DNA of 64,000 nt from Carcharhinus longimanus. Lineage: Eukaryota. The stretch spans positions 21,652,780 to 21,716,779 of the forward strand of contig JASCQW010000150.1 in assembly GCA_030264375.1 (NCBI GenBank). Direction: 5' to 3'. Below are positions 10,431 through 23,927 of the stretch, piece by piece (position 1 is the stretch's first letter; every line of letters begins with the position of its first letter). Both the position numbers and the translations under genes were made by a program. A model generated the notes under the pieces. The model did not search any database and was not told where the DNA came from. It saw nothing but the letters and a program-made list of their open reading frames with translations.

Positions 10431-12229
10431 ACCAACATACTAGTTAGCAGTTATTGGGGATGAAGTAAGTTGACATCCATTGGATTCTATTTTGCTTTCA
10501 GTTCCACACCTAGTATGAATGATTTTTTTTTGAAAAGCAGGGATGATTTTCTGTTTTCATATATAGAATAAAAGAAAATTCCACTAATCGAAATTTCAAG
10601 TGCAGTACTATTTTGATATTGATTGCAGTCATATGATAATCATATGAAATTCCACCTTTGGTTTAACTTTAGTCAATAAAATGTTCTGTTTATCTATGCA
10701 ATCTTTAATTTTGTGTTTTTTAAAACTACTTTCTTATAGTGTAAGAGCGTTTTGGAGCACTAACCTTCAGTTCTTAATACTTACAAAAGCCAATGTCCAA
10801 AGCGAATCTACTCTATTCCAGTGTAGGTGATTGGCATAACTTCCCAAGGCAGTCAGATTGGCAACCCTCTGAGTCAAGGAATTGTCAAGTCAAGCGAGTT
10901 TTCACCTCATGACCGTACAATTTAATTGTTTATTGCTGGGATTGTTGGTTTATTTCTGATCAATTCAAACTAATATAAAACAAGCCTAATTGTTGCCTTT
11001 CACTGCCAGAGTAATAAAAAATTAAACCATCAACTTAATTAAAAATCAACAGCTTCCAATCTTATTCAGAGGTGGAGAAAATGACATTGTGTGATTTCCT
11101 AGATTTTCACCTTGGCTGGAGTTAATGGAACACCCGATTTGAGTGTCCAAAACAGTGTTTGCAAGCTAAACTGAAACTTGATCTTGTCATTTTGAATGTG
11201 GTGGAAAACATACCAAAATAGATGGAGGTGTTGACATGAGCTGTTGAATAAGTAGAACTAATCATATCAAAATAGTGTCCCATCTAAGTAATGGAAGAAT
11301 TGTGTAATGCTTCAACTTATACCAGAAATTTTCTAGAATTTATTTGGTACATAATGGTGAAAGTATTGGGATACTAATTTAACTGCAGTTGGCAAAAGAT
11401 CACTTTCTACAAATGTGCTTAATCAGCTATTAAACTGTGGATGAGTGCTGCTTGGATTGAGTGATTGTCAGCAGTAAAGACTTAATAAGCATGTTAGATT
11501 TTAAAACATGAGATTGACTTCAGATTTTCAGAAAGCCTTCGCTAAATTTCTGTATCAGCAGTTTATTGGTTAAAATTAAGATTTGTGCAATAGTAGATTA
11601 AAATGTGACATAGATATATTTGAAAAGGAGGGCCAGAACTGGGAACTTTGCTGTATCCAAAGACTATCTCCATTGTGATGGAACATGCAGTAGTGGGATC
11701 AAAATAGTAATGCAGCTCTTGACGTGCCCATTATCCTGATATTCGTGTCTGTCATTTTGGGGAGGTCCTCAGCCCAAGTATCAGCTTTAATTGGCATTAA
11801 TATGTTGGAGAAGGGGAGAGATGGCATCTCGGATGATTCTAGTTAGCCTTCATTCATTGTTTCCACCTGCTTTTTCTGGTGAGAGAACTACCAGGAGTGA
11901 GAGTTCTTCCTTTGTCCTCACTGCTCAGATAGACTACGGGATTCCAATTGCCTTGAGCACTTGTCTCAACATTGACGCAAGACCTCCCAGAATCTTTCTA
12001 ACTTGTGTGGCTGAATGCCACACAGAGCAGTGGATTTACACACAGACATCAGTGGAAGTACTGTTGCTCACTAAAAATGTTCCACACTTGCATGACTAGG
12101 TTTGCTTTCAAATGTTGGCAGCTCCTGTAGTAAAGCTGAATAAGTTCTCCTGAGCCAAGAATATTATGCCAGGAGTGGGGAATTACTCATCTCTCATTTT
12201 TCCACACCAAGTGCACCTCTTTAGACATT

Positions 12230-13480
12230 AAGAACGTTGGTGACACGGTGGATTAGAGAAATGCAGTTGGTTTGGATTTTAAGAAAGCCTTTGCTTCTAT
12301 GCATCAGGAAGTTCATAGAATGGTTACAATGCAGAGGAGGGCCATTTGGCCATTTTGTCTGTGCTGGCTCTTTGCAGGCACAATTCAACTAGTGCTGCTC
12401 CCTTGCTTTCTCCCTGTGGTCCTGCACACTGTTCCTTTTCAAACCATCAGATTCCCTTTTGAATATCTCTAGTCAATCTCCATCACACTCAGTGCATTCC
12501 AGATCCTAATCACTCGCTATGTGACTGTTTTTCTTCATGTTGCCATTGCTCCTTTTGCCAAATCCTTTAAACCTGTGTCCTTTGGTTCTGAATCCTTTCA
12601 TGAATGGGAACAATTTCTCCCATCTGTTCTACTCTATCTCTCCTTGTCCCTCTTGAGTTTGAATACTTCTGTCAAATCCCTCTCTTATCCAAGGCGCACT
12701 GTCCTGACTTCTCTACCCTGATACTGATGTTGTTCATCACTGGAACCATTCTTGTGACACTGCTGCTCCGCCCATTTCAATACCTTCATATTCCTAAAGT
12801 GTAATTGCCAGCTACACTGCAGATTGTATTTAATAAGGTTCACTTCCTTGTGTAATTGAGGCCTCTAATGATGAAGCCCCAAGTTGCTGTGTACTTCATT
12901 AACTGCTCTCTACCAGTCCTGCCACATTCATTGATTCCTGCCATATTCAGTGATTCATTTGCATAAACAATAAGGCGCTTTTGCTCCTACACCCCTTTTA
13001 GAATTGTACCCTTTATATTGTTTCTCTACGTTCTTATCAAATGAATTACTTTACACTTTGCTGCATTAAATTTAAGCTGCCACTTGTTTACATTCCCTTT
13101 TTTGGTACCCAGTTGGCTTCACTTTTGCCACCCGTTCAGTATTTATATACCTATAGGAGACTTTTGGATTCCTTTCAGTGCTAACTGCCAGTGTGTCCTC
13201 ATGCTCCTTAGCTTTTAATTTTTCAATACCACTCTGAACCTTCTATATTCAGTTTGGTTCTTAATTCAACTAATACCTATCAGCAGCACAGCACACTACT
13301 TTATCTTTTACTGGAATTGTTTGCCCTACCTTTTCCTTTCATAGGAATATACCATGATTGTCTGAATTATCTCATCTTTAGAGATAACCCATTGTTCAGT
13401 TACAGTCATGCCTCCCAACCTTTGATTCCAGTTTACTATTCTTATACCATTGAAGTTGGCTTTCCTCCAATTCGTTATCC
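12230..13480. mobile_element. Decayed CR1-type LINE fragments (short + strand RT piece followed by - strand pieces)
   Basis: LDFKKAF motif at 12272; minus-strand CR1 tail (catagaatggttaca...ggccatttggcc) and decayed ORF2-like sequence. Confidence 0.65.
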
Positions 13481-13499
13481 TTACTCTTATATTGCTTAA

Positions 13500-13665
13500 A
13501 AGAGAACATGCTAGCGAAACTTTGCATCTTGTGCTCAGCAAGACAGACAAAGAATACCAAATTCCAACGTGAGCACCAGTTTATACTGCATGGTAAAACG
13601 GTGCTGATTGTTGGCAAGATGACTTTGGTTAAGATGTGGCCAGGGAGATTGCACCAGGGCTCGTT
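13500..13665 (-). mobile_element. Solo Penelope terminal repeat (family B)
   Basis: Reverse complement aligns by eye to 10290-10430 (ttgccaac..gcacc..cagtataa..ttggta.tc..tgtc.tg.tgag). Confidence 0.65.
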
Positions 13666-13851
13666 TCCCCCACTACCGTTTTAATTCAAAAAGGCACAAT
13701 GCCTGGCATATTCCTACTCATGATTATTCCTTGTCCTTTTTCATAGCCAATCTAAATCTTATAATACAGTGATAACTAAATATTCTTCTACTGGCACTAG
13801 ATTCACATGGTTCACCTCATGTCTAATTTAGTTCAAAAAACATTTTTCTCA

Positions 13852-14145
13852 GGGTGGCACAGTGGGTTAACACTGCTGTCTCACAGTGCCAGGACCTGGG
13901 TTCAGTTCCAACCTCGGGTCACTTTCTTCCTGTGCCTGTGGGTTTGCTCCGGGTGCTGTGGTTTCCTCTCTCACTCCAAAGATATGTGGGTTAGGTTGAT
14001 TGGCCATATTAAATTGACCTTAGTGTCAAGGGGATTAGCAGGCTTAATGTGTGGGGTCATGGGAATAGGGCCTGGGTGGGATTGTGGTCAGTACATAATC
14101 AATGAGTTGAATGGCCTCCTTTTGTACTGTAGGGATTCTATGATT
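13852..14145 (+). mobile_element. HE1 SINE (tRNA-derived V-SINE), near full length
   Basis: A-box ggtggcacagtgg, B-box-like ggttcagttcc, V core, tail ctgtagggattctatga. Confidence 0.85.
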
Positions 14146-14519
14146 TATTAAATATCCATATGAACTTTTTAAAGGGGGAATTAAATTGGGGACCTTAACT
14201 TTGTCAGTCATGAATAGCACATGTCAGTCATGAAGTAGTTGACCATAACAATTGTTAATGATCAGAAATGTTTGGTTAGAATTTCAACCAACCATTTTGA
14301 GTTTGGAATGTTAACTGCTCTTGTCCTTGAACTAATTTTGTTGCTGGCTAGTGGACTTGTTGGCTTTTCATTTCATTCTTCACGAAGTGAATTTGGAAGC
14401 TACGATCCATGGTTTATCATAGAATTATACTGGGCCATGAAACTGGGATTAGGATGGCAAAGAAAGAACTTAGATTTACACAACTTGATCTGTGTCTCAA
14501 AGTGTTTGAAACCAATGAA

Positions 14520-14810
14520 GTGCATTTTTATGAATGTACAGTCCATGCTCTAATATAGGGAAATAGAGCAGGTACTTTGCACACCGCAAAGTCCCACCAT
14601 GTGATTTTGGTCAGGGCACCAGGCTAGCTCTTGCTCTGATTCAAATTGTATTATAGGGTTGTCTGTGCCTGCCTGAAGAAGGACAGTACCTCAGTTTAAC
14701 TCATCTGGCAGTTCCAAAATGTAGCGCTTCTTCAATACTGCAATCCAGTGTCAGTTTAGACTAGTAAAGTCTCTGGAATGGATCTTAAAAGCACAACCTT
14801 CTGATGTGGA
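14520..14810 (-). mobile_element. DeuSINE (SacSINE1/AmnSINE1-related), decayed
   Basis: Reverse complement resembles 19040-19430 and 28120-28500. Confidence 0.55.
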
Positions 14811-14845
14811 AATGAGTGTTATCCCCTCTGTTTCTTTGGGTGGGC

Positions 14846-14981
14846 ATGATGTGGAGGTGTCAGCATTGGGCTGGGGTAAACACAGTAAGAAGTCTTTCTT
14901 ACAACACCAGGTTAAAGTCCAACAGGTTTATTTGTCCTGTTGGACTTTAACCTGGTGTTGTAAGAAGGACTTCTTTCTGTG
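14846..14981. repeat. Family A inverted-repeat element forming a 46-bp hairpin
   Basis: Arms 14881-14926 and 14936-14981 complementary at 44/46 positions; tgggtggg direct repeat on both flanks. Confidence 0.85.
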
Positions 14982-15319
14982 GGTGGGAGCAGGGGGTGTA
15001 TCTGTGGGTGGAGTCATTTCTGTGATTACTCGTGCGGGCTGATATGGCATCACCCTTTTTGATTTGTTTTGTGCAGCACTGTTGCTGCTATTTGTATCCT
15101 TCTGCACTTTGGTTCTCTGTGTTTTGGTCCATCACTGCCACCAGCTCTGCCTTATCACTTTTTTCCTGTTGTGTGTTCACTCCCATTTACTCCATTCATC
15201 ATTTGTTTCCCCGTTTGCTTTTTTCTCTTCTCCTTTCTCCCTCATCACCTTTGTGGAAAATGGGACTGAATACATTGGATGTGGGGAAATAAGTGAAAGT
15301 ACAGCAGGTACTGAAAATC

Positions 15320-15412
15320 TGAAATAAAAACAAAATGGTAGAAACGCTGAGCAGGTTGAATAGATGCATGTAAGAGCTTAATGTCTCCGATTGATGGCCT
15401 TTCATCACTGAT
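15320..15412 (-). mobile_element. Penelope terminal fragment (family C), decayed
   Basis: aaaatgg.agaaacgctgagcagg...ggcctttcatca matches the 42020-42120 copy. Confidence 0.55.
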
Positions 15413-15464
15413 TACTTGAATGAGTGGAAATCAAGTGGATTTAAGCTGAGTGAATTGCAGGGAC

Positions 15465-16100
15465 ATTTTAGATTTGATTTATTATTGTCACATGTATTAG
15501 TATACAATGAAAAGTATTGTTTCTTGCATGCTAAACATACGAAAGATACTGTACATAAGAAAAGGAGAGAGTGGAGAATGTAATGTTTATAGTCATATAG
15601 GTAGTGTGTAGAGAAAGATCAACTTAATGCATGGTAGGTCCATTCAAAAGTCTGATGACAGGGAAGTTGTTTGTGTTGGTATGTGATCTCAGGCTTTTGT
15701 TTCTTCCTGATGGAAGAAGGTGGAAGCGAGTATCTCCAGGGTGCATGGATTGAGGCAGCGGGAAGTATGACAGAGTCAAGGGATGGATGGGAGGCTGGTT
15801 TGAGTGATGGACTAGGCTTCATTCACGGCCCTTTGTAATTTCTTGCAGTCTTGGTCAGAGCAGGAACCATCCTAAGATTGTGATACAACCAGAAAGAATG
15901 TTTTCTATCATGCATCTGTGGAAGTTGGTGAGAGTTGTAGCAGACGTGCCACATTTCCTTAGTCTCCTGAGAAAGTAGAGGTGGTGTTGGGCTTTCATGA
16001 CAAAGCGCCCACATGAGCGGACTAGGACAGCTTGTTGATCCAGACACCTAAAAACTTGAAGCTCTCGACCACTTCTACTTCATCCCCATTGATTGTAGAC
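15465..16100 (-). mobile_element. Rex1/Babar-like LINE 3' fragment
   Basis: Minus strand reads KAQHHLYFLRRLRKCG at about 16003-15950; 3' tail gacaataataaaatcaaatctaaa. Confidence 0.7.
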
Positions 16101-16129
16101 AAAGGGCAGATAAGAGTTAAGCACATTGC

Positions 16130-16395
16130 TCCGAGTCATATGGGGGTTAGACTAAATAAGGATGGCAGATTTCCCTCCCAGAAGTGAACCAGTTAGATTT
16201 TTACAACAATTAAGAATTGCTTCATGGTGACCATTAGATTTTTAATTCCAGATTTCTCCTGGTTGATTTCATATTCCACCATTTGATGTGGTGGGATTCA
16301 ATCCCAGATTCCAGGAACATTACCCTGTGTCTCTGGATTACTAGTCCAGTGACAGTACCACTATGCCATTGTCCCCCTATGCCACCATCTCCCCT
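16130..16395 (-). mobile_element. tRNA-derived SINE sharing a CR1-type tail
   Basis: Homologous to 46035-46385 (-) and the decayed copy at 17540-17850 (+). Confidence 0.65.
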
Positions 16396-19039
16396 AATTT
16401 GTCAGAATTTTGTTGAAATGTAAGGTTTAAACATGAAGTATTACAACTTCTTAAAAATTTCTTCTTTAAAATTGAGCATTATCTGTTCATGACCCAGTTG
16501 TTTTAGTGTGAACAAGGTTGCGTTGGGATATTTGATACATAAATGAAAATATGAAAAGGAGCATAGAAAAAGCAAATCAGGAATTCAGTGGGGACTAAAC
16601 TGATCTGTAGCTGGGAATTATCATCATGAGTATAAATTGTGGTGAACTCTGAATTGGAGAGGGTTAAAAAATGCAGAAGCCTGCATGCATCTAAAATCAT
16701 TCGGCGGACCTTTAAAATTCTGTATTCTCTGCCTGGAGTAGAGTAGTGTTTGCTTAAAAATTGTTGAAATCTGAAGTGTATCTTTTGATTTACATTTAAA
16801 TGAATACCCAGTCTAAATGTTCTAAATACGATCATATAGAAGCCATAGTTCCTTCTGTGATGCCCAATGAAATAGTACCTCCTGTTAATTTGGGTCTAAT
16901 CATGTGGCGCAGAAGCGGCAGCTAATCTTTATTCTGTGACACACCCATTGGAGTGAGAAAGGCAGAGAAATAGATAAACTAAATATATCAAAGAAATTGC
17001 TGTAGTAAGCTCATATCTTTGATGTCAAATTGTCTATTATGGTCTTGGAATGCATATTTTTATTTTTAATTTCCATTGCTAGTGTGGCACTTCACTATAA
17101 TCAGTCGTTCAACCTCATTGTTTTCTATCTTTCTTCATTTTTTTTTTTGAAACTATGGGTAAATCTGCAAAACACATCCAAGAAAACAACTACCTTTTTC
17201 TAAATTTAAAATCTGGATTAATTATCAACAAGTGAAGTTGATTTAAATCATGTGCTTAAAAATATAATATTTTGTGCTTTGGTATTCATGACCAGTGTAG
17301 TGAACTCTTGTAACACCATCTCATAAAAGGGGTATATGTTTTGTTTCAAACTCAAATGAGCTGTGCATCTTAATTTTAGCTTAAACAAGTCCTTTTTAAA
17401 AGACTTTAAAAGAAATTTCATCTCCAGCATAGATGTGTTTGAAAATTGATAAGTTGTGGAAAAACCTTCTGGACAGCACTTTCTTATTAAAGAAAAATTA
17501 ATAAGAGAATGCAATCCCTGTCTTAAATACTGAGAATATATCAATAGTTGGAGGTACTACTAAATTAATCCATGGGGCTGGACAAGCAATCCAATCAGTT
17601 AAAATCCCTCCATATCAATTTGAGAAATTATATTTTCATTAGTAAAAGTGATCCTAAAACTGTTGAATTGTATAAAATCTCCAATGTCCTTATAGGATAC
17701 ATGTAACCTTTACCCAGTCTAGCCCACTCCCGTATGGTTGACGAGTAACTGCTCTCCGAAAGCACTCAATTGTATCAAAACACCTGAACAATGAGTGCGT
17801 AACCAAATGCTACCTTGCCAATGACGTCTGGATCTTTAGAATTAATAATGATTTCACTTTGTATATAAATGCAGTACCAGAGCATCATTAATTTGATATT
17901 AGATGGAATCTTTGGAACTATATTTTGAAACCCAGCCAAGCAAAAATTTAACACACTTATTAATTCTCTCTCTCTCAGTTTAACATTAAACTTAAAAACT
18001 ACGTCATGTTTCATTTTAGAAAGTGTTTTTAACATAAGATGTATCTTTATTTTCACAGCTGCATCATTGTCATAATCTACTGGGCAAACATCAGTCTAAT
18101 AGATATAGAAACTAGACTTCTGTCACTAGGCTATTTTTACATTCCAAAACTTTTGGATAGTAATGTTGCTACCTAATTAAATCTTTGTATTGATGCATTC
18201 ATTTTTGAAGAAAATTATAATTACCTGGAAAATTGTAAAGTGCATGCAATGTTTTTCATTTCAGTGATCTACTATTCCTACATTGTCTTTTTACTACAAT
18301 GTTTGCACTGACATGTTAACGAATCTATTGTGAAGTAAACTCGTAATTACACAACTCCATTTGTTATTAGTGCTTTAACAAAGCTTTGANNNNNNNNTCA
18401 TAAAAATTACTTCCCCTGAATAGCCTTTGACTCCTTTTAATTGGGTGTGGCTGTTTTTATCAGCATAGGTTTTAAATTTCCTATTGGGTGACTGTTTCCA
18501 TCTTTTTATGATTAGTATTTCCGATTAGCAGATTTCACAATATTTCACCTTGTGTGCTGTCTGTACTTGTCATCTCTGGAAAGGTGCGTGTAAACGTAGT
18601 GTGGAAGTTGTGGAGTCCTTTTATATTTTTCATGGGCTGTCTGTCCCATATATTTGACCCCAGGCTTCCACACTCCTGCCACTGCTGCCCACCATTAAAA
18701 ATAGCCAGGAGTCAAATGTTGGCTCAAAAGCTCACACTCGCACCTTAAAAATTCTGAGATTGGGTACTCGGTTTATTTGAAGTTGTCTTACCCCCCTGCT
18801 GTCACAATAATTGGTGCTGCAACCTGCTGTAGTTCCATTTTAAACATAACTGCATCTTGTCACACTGTGCGTTTAATTAAATTATGATACTAATGTTATA
18901 ACCATTATTGGTGTTGATGCATTGATAATACAGTGAGTCCACAGGACAAATAGGATGAATGAGGTGTTTCAGTGCAAAAGTCCAGTCACTTTACACAGTG
19001 CATCAGTTTTAGAATATGTTGACTGTATTTGTAGCTTAA

Positions 19040-19430
19040 TGTCAGTGATCTGCTTCTGAGCCGGTTTTGGGTTCAAATCCCACACCTCAAGCTAGAGTAA
19101 GGCTGTGCTGTTGGAGGTGCCGTCTTTAGAATAAACTGCTAATTAAGGTTCCGCTGCCCTTTCATGTCAATTAAAAGATTTTGTTGTGCTGTACTATTCT
19201 GAAGAGCAAGCATGCTTTCTCCTGTGCCCTGGCCAATAGTTTTATTCAGTCAACATCACCTAAACAGATTATCTGCACATTATCATATTGCTGTTTTTGG
19301 AACCTTGCTGTGCACAAATTGGCTGCTGTGTTTTCTGCATTGCAACAGTGATTACACTTCAAAGCACTTCATTGGATGCAAAGTGCTTAGGGACACCTTG
19401 AGGTTATGAAAGGCAGGATATAAATTGCAT
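19040..19430 (+). mobile_element. DeuSINE (SacSINE1/AmnSINE1-related)
   Basis: B-box ggttcaaatccc; Deu-domain-like ggaggtgccgtcttt...gaagagca...ctggccaata; L2-like tail. Confidence 0.75.
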
Positions 19431-21106
19431 GCCTTTGGGTTGCTGGTTATGGGAGAAAAATTGATGTGACAACAGAATTTGATTTTATTAGTATACAGTG
19501 AAAAATATTGTTTTTTGCATGCTGTTGTGAATTGTGAAAAATACCACAGAATTGACACCTAAATTGGACAAACATGATCCGAGNNNNNNNNNNNNNNNNN
19601 NNNNNNNNNNNNNNNNNNNNNNNNNNNNNNNNNNNNNNNNNNNNNNNNNNNNNNNNNNNNNNNNNNNNNNNNNNNNNNNNNNNCCGAGTTTAACATTTCT
19701 TCTGAATGATAGAACCTCTGACAACATTGAGCTCAATATAGCATCAAAGTGTTGACGTAGATGAAGTATTCAAATTCTGAATGGCACTTGAGTTGCATCT
19801 TCAGACCCGAAAGCACGAGCTCTACCAACTGAACTGAGAGCAAGGGTGGCAATGAAAGTGTTCGTAGGAATTAATACATGTTGCAGTGTCTTTAATGCCT
19901 GGTTTGAGTAGGGGCTAAATTTGGTTAATCAAAATGGAATTATAGGGGCTATTGTTTTTGAACTGAGTGCAGTTAATTGTCATGTTTCCCTTGGTTGCTA
20001 GATTTCAGCTAAACAAAAAATGCAGACACCTTAAAGTCCATATAAATTACATCCATAGGCTTTGCCTAAATTAATTATCTTTGTCATCTCTTCAAAAAAC
20101 TCAGTCAAGCTTGTGAGACATGACCTTACCTATACAAAGTTGCCTGTCTCTAACTAGTCCATCTTTAGTTGATTTATTTGCCCCGTATATAAGCTAACTT
20201 AATTTCACAGAGAGCAAACGGTTTAGTTTTGTAATCGTGTCCATTTACATCAAAGAACAGAAATACATTCTGGGGCAGGAGGGTTTTTTGTTTGCTAAGC
20301 AATATGGAAGTTAGCTGTTATACTGCAGTGCAAATTTCCTACTGAAAAAACAGTTTGTGTATGTTAGATGTTGCTGTGAGTATGAATTGTACCCTTGGCT
20401 GCTGGGACTGAGCTCTTTACATGTATGTTCAAGTGTTCCACTTCCACAGGTCAGCTTTTAAATGCTTTCGAGTGCAGACGGGAGCATCTATTTTCCCAAA
20501 ACACAAAGACTCTATTTGAGATTGTAAAATGCCCAGGTGGATTAGTCACCTGCTTGAGTGCTTTTAAACTAAATTTCACACTCTTTTGGAGTTGGATTCC
20601 ATCAAGTCCAAGTGCTTTGAGCTGGATTACCTGGAAAAGTCTTGACCGGCTGAGTTCCAGAATTGTGCTGCCTTTTTTTTTGTGCTGACGTGCAGCAGGA
20701 TGACCTTGTATGACTTTATCCTCTGAAACGTGGTGTTAAAATTGGATATGGTTTCTAAAAATGTAATTGTAAATTGATCTTAACCTTCTGCTAGAGAAAA
20801 CTGAGAAAACCTAGGTTGTTCTAAAGATTGAACATGTTGAAATTGTTAATTTTGAAACTTTAAAATTTTGCATATAAGGTTTCCGTTTGGCATAAAGGTC
20901 ATGAGTGCTCAATTTGCACTACTTTGTATGTAGTTTTTTTGCTTCTATGTTTCCAGTACACATCAGGAAAACGTCAACTTTTTTGCCTCTGGGACTGGAT
21001 GTGCAATTTTCAGTTGTGCACTCCTGATGTGTAGAGTGCAGAAGTGGGAGATATATTACTGTAGTAGTTTCACCAAATGGATACTGAATGTAACTTTTTT
21101 TTATAG

Positions 21107-21174
21107 TCAAAAATGCTGAAAGAGTTCCTTTCCCGTCATTTGGAAGAGACTCAGCCATGCCAGGTTTAAATCAG
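21107..21174 (+). CDS. TCF3: E-protein exon (approx. exon 6): VKNAERVPFPSFGRDSAMPGLNQ
   Basis: poly-T plus atag| acceptor; CAG|gtaggt donor; 68 nt, phase 1 to 0; ER...SFGRD motif. Confidence 0.93.
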
Positions 21175-21924
21175 GTAGGTGGGCTGCATGTATAATTTTA
21201 AGTTTCATTTATTCAGCTAAAGTTTGTTTTCTTGGAACAATTTCTGGGAAGTAATTCATTCTCTTCTATCATTAGCACATATTAAATTATCACAATGTAC
21301 CAATTCAGAGATATGACATGGGTGTAAATAAGTAATTGGCTTAGCTATATTCAAATAAATTGTAAAATCTTTTGCAGTTGAAGATGAATACTAGCAATTG
21401 TTACAAAAACAAAACAACATTCTAGTGAAATACCAGTCTATTAAAATCACGAGTAGATTGTCTGGAATTTTTTGCAACGATCAACTAATTTGTCAAATTG
21501 CTTAAATTTTTCACTATAGTAACTTTTGCATTAGACTTGTGATTTTATGTGGATTGTTCTTAAGGCAACATCTTAAAAAGAATAAGTGAACAAACCTGTC
21601 TGTTTTTGTCTTTGAAAAAGTGTGTGCTAAATATACCCCAGATTCTTAAATATTGGTTGAATTATGTCCTCATTTTAACATCTGTGTGGTCAGAAACCAG
21701 TTTGGGTATTTGATTTGAGAATGTAGATGGCATTGAATCTTTAAAATGTCATTTTGTTTCTCATTCAAAGCCATTTTAGTAAAAGTAGCAGTTAAATTGT
21801 TGCTGATGCATGATTTCATCGGTGAAAGTAATTTTAATGTGTAGAATTATGACAGTTGTAATTTGGTTATTTCTTTAGAATTTTGCATGTACAAGATGTA
21901 AGTAGGATTAAATTTTAACATTTT

Positions 21925-22056
21925 TACAAAAGCAAAATGCCAAAGGTGCTGAAAATCTCCGGTCAGAACTGAAAATGCTTGAAGTTCTTGAGGTAGGCAG
22001 CATCTATAGAGAGAGGACAAAGTTGACATTTTAGATTGATCACCTTTCCTCTGAAC
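21925..22056 (-). mobile_element. Penelope terminal fragment (family C)
   Basis: aaaagcaaaatgc...gaaaatgct...ggcagcatctatagagagagg...cacctttcctctgaact. Confidence 0.6.
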
Positions 22057-22424
22057 TGCTTACCAACAAGTCTGTTGCCCACTCTAATGTTACTTGCTGA
22101 TTTTGTTAGAGGAAATGGCAATGGAAATAGCCTGGAAAAATGCAGAATTCTCAAAAGGCCAAATTGATTTGAATCAAAGTATAATTGGCAGGGTCAGCCA
22201 TTTTTTTTTCTATAATGTGACAGATAATTGTACAGTTCCAAAATTTTTAAAATTCCACAGAGTATTTTTGTGAATTTTTTTGTATATTTGGTTGCATTTA
22301 AAACTACTTGAGCTAAGAGTGGGATGAAGAAATCTGTTTTTGCACGTCTGCATTTAATAACTGTTACTGAATTCCATTCTGCCATAACTCCTTACCACTG
22401 TTTCTTTTCTATCAGAATTCATCA

Positions 22425-22990
22425 ATCATAGAACAGAATCATAGAATCCCTACAGTGCAGAAGGAGGCCATTCAGCCCATCAGGTCTGNNNNNNNNNNNN
22501 NNNNNNNNNNNNNNNNNNNNNNNNNNNNNNNNNNNNNNNNNNNNNNNNNNNNNNNNNNNNNNNNNNNNNNNNNNNNNNNNNNNNNNNNCTGTTTCTTTTC
22601 TATCAGAATTCATCAATCATAGAAAAGAATAATATAATCCCTACAGTGCAGAAGGAGGCCATTCAGCCCATCAGGTCTGCCCTGACTCTGACAGAGCATC
22701 TTACTCAGGCCTATCCCAGTAACCCCATATATTTACCCAGTTGGTCTCCTTAACCCACATATTTTGAGACAAAGGGGCAACTAAACATGGTCAATCCCTG
22801 TAACCCCATGTAATTACTTCGTGGGGATAGCCAATCTACCTAACCTGCGTGCCTTTGGAGGAAACCGAAGCACCCGGAGGACACCCACGCAGACATGGGG
22901 AGCACGTGCAAACTCTATACACAGTCACCCTAGGACAGAATTGAACCTGGATCCCTGTAGCTGAGAGGCAGCAGTGCTAACCACTGCGTT
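22425..22990 (-). mobile_element. HE1 SINE, with its tail falsely duplicated across the N gap
   Basis: Full HE1 reverse complement ending gcagtgctaaccactg. Confidence 0.85.
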
Positions 22991-23476
22991 GTATTATACA
23001 AAGATGCCATAAGATTGGCCTTTGCAAAGTGCTTTACATATTTATATTCAAAATCAGCCTTCTGAATGGGCAGCAAAGTCTAACAACTTGCTGTTTCACC
23101 AGGTCATTGAGAAGCAAATAACTTAAACCCTCTGATTCATTTATCAATGCCTCAGATGACCTGAGCAAGCATATTAATCCCACCATGGCTTGTTAACTGT
23201 ACAATTATATAGTTTCAACCATCAAAATTCATTCAGTTAAACTACTGAGATCTATGTGAAAATCTTTTATGGCATGTTATTTTACAATTACTACATTGAC
23301 TGAAGTTGTCATGTAACTTCAGTGGAATTGTTGTTGCTTTGAGTTTTTGTGTGTTAATTTTAAATTTCTTGTAAGAGAAATTTTTGCACAACTTGAACAA
23401 TATTATTAAATTCAGTGTACAGTAGTAAACAAAGATGTTCACACTAATCATAAACCGCATTTATTTTCTGATGCAG

Positions 23477-23612
23477 GGAAGTTTTTTGAACTCTGAAATG
23501 GGAATGGCCAATTCGGGAACAATATCACCAACTGGAGTCAAACCAGGCTCACAGTATTACCCCTATCCCAGCAATCCTCGGAGGCGACCGGTGCAGGAAA
23601 CAAGTAATATAG
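23477..23612 (+). CDS. TCF3: E-protein exon (approx. exon 7): [10 protein letters not shown]...[24 protein letters not shown]
   Basis: tgcag| acceptor, TAG|gtaacg donor; 136 nt, phase 0 to 1; SQYY and RRR (first half of the bipartite NLS). Confidence 0.95.
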
Positions 23613-23927
23613 GTAACGTCCACATAGAATTGCTGTGTATTATACGTGCAATCTTCTAAGTATTACTTGCTAATCATTTGAGTAATTCTAATTTTAAATT
23701 TCTCTTCCATCCTTCGTTGTGTTTTCCTCAAAGTAAATAGATAATATTTATGTGTAGGGATTGTCTCTGTCTCATTCCCTCTCCTTTCCTTGCTCACTCG
23801 TTCTTAATTTTTTTGTTCACCTTAATTCTGCAGACGGTATTGTGGTTCATTCCTTTCAAAATGTAAACTTTATTTTATTGTCTTAGTTTTATAATTTTGA
23901 CAGTTAATCAAAATTATCTCTTTCTAG

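Noticed and set aside
13852-13925. tRNA genes suggested by A/B boxes
   Set aside because: These are SINE heads that continue into the V or Deu core, with no complete cloverleaf
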